Shown here: piece after piece, positions 28,301 through 32,000 of the stretch
Layout: every line of letters begins with the position of its first letter
How positions within the stretch are numbered: the stretch's first letter is position 1
The notes under the pieces: model-generated
Databases searched by the model: none
Seen by the model: the letters and a program-made list of their open reading frames with translations, nothing else
What the model was told of the DNA's origin: nothing
Assembly (NCBI GenBank): GCA_018898425.1
Contig: JAHIHG010000039.1
Coordinates: 12,725-44,724, forward strand
DNA from: Nanobdellota archaeon
GTDB taxonomy: Archaea > Nanobdellota > Nanobdellia > Pacearchaeales > GW2011-AR1
Direction of reading: 5' to 3'
DNA length: 32,000 nt
Position numbers and translations under genes: made by a program

Positions 28301-28424
28301 AACACGGGATGAAGCATTTTATTATATTTCCAAATCTAGAGAAAAGAAAATGCACACTTCAATAGAACAAATAAATCAAGAATTTAAAAACAATAAAATA
28401 GAATTTCAAAAGAAGTTAGAATGA
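25347..28424 (+). CDS. hef: Hef-type (FANCM-like) superfamily 2 helicase, interrupted in-frame by an intein; helicase part only
   Basis: Motif I LPTGLGKT. FSTPQ is followed by Cys at 25683. The extein resumes with TIANDLRAGRYNLKDVSLLIEDEAHRC (motif II DEAH), and motif VI is QRRGRTAR. The spliced junction ...STPQ-TIANDL... matches the canonical Hef ATPQTIENDL. Confidence 0.85.
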   Translation: MPEKFLQNIIPREYQNKIFKTCSEKNCLVVLPTGLGKTLIALMLTIRRMREFPGEKILFLAPTKPLIQQHLISFKKYLPELFGDMQLFTGMVKAEQRKKIWQTADIIFSTPQCVDGSSIIFTKDGPIKIKEFLNKFKFKKQIYGKKKAFVADIKEKVLGFDGEKIRFVHAKKAWKLPAEKLISFKTELGNHLTCTPEHPLLTINGNGDLNWINAEDLKQGDYIASINKISINKNENHLYLLLKNSKLKIADKNLTLQLLKKIKQNKKFYKNIRKFSKFRYNFMPLKQFLNLSKKLNFELPNEITVTDWTGKSTPIKIPKFVNRKISYILGAMLGDGHLGNRKGHGGEVVFSDLGSEKRMEYFRKEISKVFGIKMKKDQRKGLISYNNALSEVLSNLGVPKGNKAKKIRIPKFIFFSSNKCITSFIKGIFDTDGSASKHSISIFSASKKFINDMKWLFLKIGIKGNIEERKNFGNIRGRKIKESVIYTFRFSGRKQIEEFLKTCDPEQSKCEKLINMLNNTKKPYTRSKKIIPVPELLKKIYKLNKNKFPYYLTSCFSVDNLKKITTLCKCEKTNKLKEILNLPIRWTKIKKIETKKEKTLTYDLTVEKEHNFITNFIISHNTIANDLRAGRYNLKDVSLLIEDEAHRCIKNYDYNYVAQQYKKQANNQRILGLTASPGNDLSKIKDICKNLSIQEVELRTRDSGDVKKYLQKLEFEKIILDFPPELEEIRHILLKLYNQYVDELKSRRVLFKPASKINLINLQKELMASLARGNKNYNYLLGVSACAQAVKIQHALELLETQTLESFNKYLKKLFSQAAKKQSKGVVKLVARQEFNFIYMQSNELLAKNFEHPKLEKIIEIIKKEQSKNEKLRIIVFTQFRDTATIISKKLNKLKGIKAKVFIGQAKKEGIGLNQKQQKKIIQEFSDGEINILCATCIAEEGLDICETSHVIFYESIPSAIRVIQRRGRTARMNKGKLIMLITKGTRDEAFYYISKSREKKMHTSIEQINQEFKNNKIEFQKKLE
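25683..27209 (+). mobile_element. Hef intein (509 codons) with LAGLIDADG homing-endonuclease domain
   Basis: Starts CVDGSSIIF and ends ...NFIISHN, followed by Thr. LAGLIDADG-type motifs ILGAMLGDGHLG and FIKGIFDTDGSAS. Confidence 0.85.
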
Positions 28425-29194
28425 TTGTAAAAGAAATAGAAAATATATTTGTAAAAAAAGTTTCCAAAAACAAAAAACAATTTCCAAAACCAAAAATAAC
28501 CATAGATTACAGGGAAAAAAATTCATTAGTGATATCTAAACTAATTAAGCTTGGTTTTGAGACAGAAATCAAAGAACTCAAAATTGGAGATTATATTGTA
28601 AAAAATACAATAATAGAGAGAAAAACTGTTTCAGATTTTATTTCTTCAATGATAAACCAAAGATTGCATCAACAAATTAAAGACTTGCAACAATGTGAAA
28701 ACAAACTTTTAATTATTGAAGGAATTGAAGAACAAGAATTATATAATGATTATGATGAATCTTTTCACAACTATGCGATTTCACAAGAGGCAATTAGAAA
28801 TCGCCCTGCAGAGTTTCGAGGAAAGTTGAAGAAAACCAAGGGGTTGTCTTCAAATGCAATAAGGGGTTTTTTACTCTCTATAACTCTCAAACATAAAATA
28901 CCAATAATTTTTACAAAAAATCCAGAAGATACTGCTAAATTTATTTCAGTATTATCAAACAAGAAATCAACAGAAATATCCCTGAATTTTAACAAAAAAC
29001 CAAAAACCAAAAAAGAACAACTGCAGTTTATTCTAGAAGGTTTTCCTGGAATAGGCCCAAAAACATCAAAAAAACTTTTAAGTGAATTTAAATCAGTTAA
29101 AAATATAATTAATGCATCTGAAAAAGAGCTTAAAAAAATACTTGGAAAAAAAGCAGAAATTGTAAAAAAAATTATAGAAGAAAAATATGATTAA
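28421..29194 (+). CDS. xpf: XPF/ERCC4-family structure-specific nuclease with C-terminal (HhH)2
   Basis: IDYREKNS...GDYIVKNTIIERKTVSDF (the GDxnERKxxxD nuclease motif). C-terminal FILEGFPGIGPKTSKKLLSEFKSVKNIINASEKEL. Its ATG overlaps the hef stop (ATGA at 28421-28424). Confidence 0.8.
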   Translation: MIVKEIENIFVKKVSKNKKQFPKPKITIDYREKNSLVISKLIKLGFETEIKELKIGDYIVKNTIIERKTVSDFISSMINQRLHQQIKDLQQCENKLLIIEGIEEQELYNDYDESFHNYAISQEAIRNRPAEFRGKLKKTKGLSSNAIRGFLLSITLKHKIPIIFTKNPEDTAKFISVLSNKKSTEISLNFNKKPKTKKEQLQFILEGFPGIGPKTSKKLLSEFKSVKNIINASEKELKKILGKKAEIVKKIIEEKYD

Positions 29195-29508
29195 ATTAAA
29201 ACTGTATCAAAATTAATATAAACTGCTCGGGGGTTGTTCCCCATGTCATAAGCCCCTATTTTTTCATTACTATCTAAAACAAATGCATTCACTTCAAGAG
29301 GCAAATTCTTATTTATTTTATCAATAAAAACTTCTCGATGAAATGGATTTCCACCATACACTAAAATGTATTCTTTTCCTAAAGGATTTCTAAAAGTTCT
29401 ATAATTTTCAGAAAATTCTTTTGCAATACTTTTTGCATGTTCTTCTAAAAGATTATTTATCTTTGGATTTAATTTTTTATACAAATTTACCATAAAATAA
29501 AATCTCAA
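29191..29508 (-). CDS. Hypothetical protein, last gene of the DGR-proximal same-strand cluster
   Basis: 105-aa ORF (likely start MVNLYKK at 29493). No recognised motif. Confidence 0.35.
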   Translation of the reverse strand: MRFYFMVNLYKKLNPKINNLLEEHAKSIAKEFSENYRTFRNPLGKEYILVYGGNPFHREVFIDKINKNLPLEVNAFVLDSNEKIGAYDMGNNPRAVYINFDTVLI

Positions 29509-29596
29509 AAAATACTTTTAAAAACATCGGCAATTCAAAATATTTGTTGCAATACAAAAGTTATATAAAACAATCAAAACTTTTTAATTTATATTT

Positions 29597-30118
29597 TTAA
29601 TTTAAAGAATAATTTTCAAGAGCTTCATAAAAAGGCTTATCAGAAGTCAGGATAGATTTTTTTAATTTAAAGCACTCAATAGCAAAATTTATTTTTTTAA
29701 TTTTTATTTTCTTTAATTCTTCTAAAAATCTTTTCTTATCTTCAATCTTCTTAACCCTTGCAATTGTAATATGACTCATGAATCTTTTTTCAGGTTGAAA
29801 AAAATCCTTTAATTTATTATCAATTTCTTTTTGTAATTCTTCACAATTAGTTAAATGCAACCAAATAATACGAATAAAATTTTTTGAAAAAACCCCAATC
29901 TCATCAATTTCTGCCCGGAATTTTTTAAACTTAATTTCTCTTAATTTATCCTTAATCAATCCAGTTTTTTTCTCATCTATTTCTCCTAAAAATTTCAAAG
30001 TCAGGTGTAAATTTTCCAATTCAGTTTTTTTACCTATAAAAAAAGGTAATTTATTCTGAATTTTTTCAATCTCTATTAAAATCTCTTTTGGAAAATCTAT
30101 TGAAATAAATGTTCTCAT
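29597..30118 (-). CDS. thpR: 2H-phosphoesterase: RNA 2',3'-cyclic phosphodiesterase / 2'-5' RNA ligase family (ThpR/LigT)
   Basis: Two H-x-T-x motifs (LHLTLKFLGE and SHITIARV). A start at MRTFISIDFP (ATG 30118-30116) matches the usual family N-terminus and overlaps the RT stop TGA (30117-30115). Confidence 0.8.
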   Translation of the reverse strand: MRTFISIDFPKEILIEIEKIQNKLPFFIGKKTELENLHLTLKFLGEIDEKKTGLIKDKLREIKFKKFRAEIDEIGVFSKNFIRIIWLHLTNCEELQKEIDNKLKDFFQPEKRFMSHITIARVKKIEDKKRFLEELKKIKIKKINFAIECFKLKKSILTSDKPFYEALENYSLN

Positions 30119-31140
30119 ATAATTAAAAAACAACTAAGATTTTTAATAATTTTGTTTGTTAAATTGTGGCTATTCGCCCATTTAGCATAAGCTTGCCAAC
30201 CTTGAAAAATCTCTAAAAATTTACAAGAATCTATTTTACATTCATTAAACAATTTTATTTTTCTTTCCATATTTCGAACATTTCTCTTTCTTAATAATTT
30301 ATAATAGTAAAAATTTCTAAAACCGACAAAATCAATGCCCATTGAAAGATTAATCACTCTAGACTTCTCAGGATGAAGCACAAGTTTCAATTCCTTTATT
30401 AAAAAATCCTGAATTTGCCCTCTCCAAATCTTGAGTTGCTCTTTAGATTTAGAAAGAATAACAAAATCATCAACATAACGTATATAATATTTAATTTTCA
30501 GTTTATGCTTCACAAATTGATCAAGTTTGTTAAGATATACATTAGCAAAAAATTGGCTTGTTAAATTTCCAAGAGGCATACCCTTTCCATTACTAAATTG
30601 TGATTCTCTTTCAATTATACATTTAATCAACCAAATAACTTTTTTATCTTTAATCTTTCTTTGAATAATATTTAATAAAATATCATGATTAATTTCTTGA
30701 AAATAATGTTTTATATCTGCTTTGAAACAATAAGCTTCTGAGGTTAGGTTGTTAGTTATTTTTTTCTGAAACTTTGCAAATCTTTTAATTGCAAACAAAC
30801 TTCCTTTATTTTTTCTGTTTGCACAATTATCTTCTATAAAAGTTTTATCAAATATAAATTCAAGAATATTGATGATAGTATGATGAATAACTCTGTCTCT
30901 AAAATCAGCTTTTGAAATTTTGCGAGTCTTTGGGTCTCTTAAAATAAATGTCTTTAAGACACCTGGATTATAAGTTTGATTCTTTAATTCTTTATAAAGC
31001 TGAAATAAATTCTCCATAAGATTTTGTTCAAATTCAAGAACATAATTTTTTTTAGTTTTTCCTTTTCTTGCTTTTCTCCATGCTAAAGTAAGATTTTCTA
31101 AAGAAATTATATTAGGATAAATATTTTTATAACTTTTCAT
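30115..31140 (-). CDS. Diversity-generating retroelement (DGR) reverse transcriptase
   Basis: 341 aa. Motifs ILRDPKTRKISKADFRDRVIHH, ADIKHYFQEINH, the DGR-typical GMPLGNLTSQFFANVYL and YIRYVDDFVILS. No maturase or endonuclease domain. The TR lies 34 nt upstream. Confidence 0.9.
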   Translation of the reverse strand: MKSYKNIYPNIISLENLTLAWRKARKGKTKKNYVLEFEQNLMENLFQLYKELKNQTYNPGVLKTFILRDPKTRKISKADFRDRVIHHTIINILEFIFDKTFIEDNCANRKNKGSLFAIKRFAKFQKKITNNLTSEAYCFKADIKHYFQEINHDILLNIIQRKIKDKKVIWLIKCIIERESQFSNGKGMPLGNLTSQFFANVYLNKLDQFVKHKLKIKYYIRYVDDFVILSKSKEQLKIWRGQIQDFLIKELKLVLHPEKSRVINLSMGIDFVGFRNFYYYKLLRKRNVRNMERKIKLFNECKIDSCKFLEIFQGWQAYAKWANSHNLTNKIIKNLSCFLII

Positions 31141-31173
31141 TTTGCGTTTGGAAAATAAAGTCCTGGATGAAAA

Positions 31174-31259
31174 CTATTCCGAGACTAGAATTCCTGTTAG
31201 AAGAATTCCTGTTGCAATTGAGGTTAGCCCTGTCAGAGTCAGCATTAAACCTCGCGACC
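31174..31259 (-). repeat. DGR template repeat (TR), 86 nt
   Basis: Aligns without gaps to 31510-31595 (offset 336). Read in the VR frame it encodes VARFNADSDRANLNCNRNSSNRNSSLGI, rich in AAC/AAT codons. Confidence 0.9.
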
Positions 31260-31463
31260 AGTATAGCCAATTTACCAATTACCACCACAATTTCAATTTT
31301 CACAAAAGCTACTAATTGTTATTATTGAATTTTATGACTTAAAATAAACCTTAATAATGTGCTAATAAACTGACGTGTAGTCCTCTTTTGCTTTTCTTGC
31401 TCAAGAAAAAACAAAATCTCCAGGACAGAACATAGAATAAAATTTTGTTTAAAAAGTTTCAGT

Positions 31464-32000
31464 TTATTTCATTTCTCCAGCGAGCAAAACCTTGCTCGTG
31501 CCTACGGCACGTACCCCGAGACCAGAACCCCTGCCAGAAGAATACCTGTCGCAATAGAGGTAAGCCCTAGCAGAGCCAGCATAAAACCTCGCGACCCTTT
31601 CATCTAATTTATTTGGCTTTGAATTTAATCTCCAGACATAACAATCAGTTTTATTAATAAACTGAAAAACATTATTTATTTTTCCGGCATCTTTTTCTCC
31701 AAGCAATAATTCTAAATATGATTTTGGAGAAACATCTTTAATAAATCCATCTTCCCCAACAACATCTCCTTTTAAAGAATATTCATCTGACATCTTATAA
31801 TTATGAATAACTTCATCTTTTGCTTTTGGAAAATATTTTATTCTTGTTAGGGTGTTTAACCAATTCTTTCTTAATTTTTCCTGAATAAAATCCCTGACAT
31901 CTGTATTCCCTGAATCTTGGACAGCACTTAGAATTGAATAAAATAATCTTGAATCAGGACAATAAAATCCTCCTTTTTCTTTTGACTCTTTTGAAAGTGC
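31464..32000 (-). CDS. DGR target protein carrying the C-terminal variable repeat; 5' end beyond the window
   Basis: The track lists a 109-aa ORF (31464..31793). By-eye translation shows the same frame stays open with no stop from 32000 to 31794 (ALSKESKEKGGFYCPDSRLFYSILSAVQDSGNTDVRDF...HNYK-MSDEY). The C-terminus RVARFYAGSARAYLYCDRYSSGRGSGLGVRAV resembles the variable region of C-type-lectin/FGE-fold DGR targets. Confidence 0.75.
   Translation of the reverse strand, partial: ALSKESKEKGGFYCPDSRLFYSILSAVQDSGNTDVRDFIQEKLRKNWLNTLTRIKYFPKAKDEVIHNYKMSDEYSLKGDVVGEDGFIKDVSPKSYLELLLGEKDAGKINNVFQFINKTDCYVWRLNSKPNKLDERVARFYAGSARAYLYCDRYSSGRGSGLGVRAVGTSKVLLAGEMK
31480..31510 (-). promoter_or_regulatory. 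Two adjacent GC-rich hairpins immediately 3' of VR (candidate IMH/cruciform region)
   Basis: CGAGCAA-aacc-TTGCTCG (31480-31497, 7-bp stem, 4-nt loop) and CGTGCC-tac-GGCACG (31496-31510, 6-bp stem). Both are absent from the TR side. Confidence 0.5.
31510..31595 (-). repeat. DGR variable repeat (VR), 86 nt
   Basis: There are 14 substitutions relative to TR, all at coding-strand TR adenines (14 of 24 A positions). In addition there is one internal non-A mismatch (31232 vs 31568) and one terminal mismatch. Confidence 0.9.

Noticed and set aside
28730-28860. Extra segment in XPF as a third (mini-)intein
   Set aside because: It is only about 25-30 residues with no Cys/Ser start and no HN end, so it is far too short for splicing blocks. 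It is more likely a lineage-specific loop.
3556-29010. Other overlapping or antisense track ORFs: 3556-3768, 3909-4091, 4222-4554, 4757-4945, 5129-5419, 9899-10174, 10920-11300, 12546-12773, 13639-13902, 15150-15347, 16852-17034, 16895-17128, 17401-17586, 21142-21327, 21389-21598, 22771-22989, 23622-23882, 23626-23814, 25340-25570, 25547-25930, 25954-26175, 26498-26872, 27320-27601, 28771-29010
   Set aside because: Each lies within, or mostly within, a longer ORF that has recognisable motifs or a coherent membrane/pilin architecture. Their translations are low-complexity (F/L/I/K/S-rich), as expected for alternative frames of AT-rich coding DNA.
30115-31140. RT as a group II intron maturase or a retron RT
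   Set aside because: There is no X/maturase or En domain and no intron-like structured flanks. The IGxxxSQ-type motif (LGNLTSQ) and an adjacent TR/VR pair with A-specific mismatches point to a DGR.
31392-31409. Palindrome TTTTCTTG-ct-CAAGAAAA downstream of the target gene as a terminator
   Set aside because: It has an 8-bp AT-rich stem with a 2-nt loop, and archaeal termination mainly uses T-tracts. A strong terminator here would also block transcription into TR-RT if they are co-transcribed. There is not enough support to call it.
31260-31463. Looked for an Avd (accessory variability determinant) ORF between VR and TR
   Set aside because: Only very short ORFs are present on either strand, and nothing of about 100-130 aa with a helical-bundle character. 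The spacer is treated as non-coding.

Overview
AT-rich, densely packed window with an archaeal gene set (RadA rather than RecA, aEF-1beta, RPA-like OB-fold protein, Hef helicase, XPF nuclease, FlaI-type ATPase). The many tiny, overlapping genes fit a small-genome DPANN-like archaeon, but that lineage call is an inference. Main blocks: (1) 1-2359, a RadA gene interrupted at its P-loop by a 503-codon LAGLIDADG intein. (2) 6686-19800, an archaeal type IV pilus-like locus with a prepilin peptidase, at least 8 pilin-like genes carrying class III signal peptides, a polytopic platform protein and a secretion ATPase. A 945-bp unit sits inside this locus. It carries a bacterial-type PagL-like beta-barrel gene and is flanked by perfect 59-bp direct repeats that duplicate the platform gene's promoter and start codon. 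(3) 23407-24093, an isolated, visibly GC-richer gene for a membrane-anchored protein resembling a phage tail-collar domain. (4) 25347-29194, a Hef helicase interrupted by a 509-codon LAGLIDADG intein and split from its XPF nuclease partner. (5) 29597-32000, the most interesting region: a complete diversity-generating retroelement (DGR). Its 86-nt template repeat (TR) and variable repeat (VR) differ almost only at TR adenines, and the TR encodes AAY codons. The reverse transcriptase (RT) has the LGNLTSQ and YVDD motifs. There is no Avd accessory gene, and the RT stop overlaps (ATGA) the start of a 2H phosphoesterase (ThpR/LigT). No tRNA, rRNA or CRISPR array was seen by eye. All homology calls rest on motif recognition by eye, not database searches.
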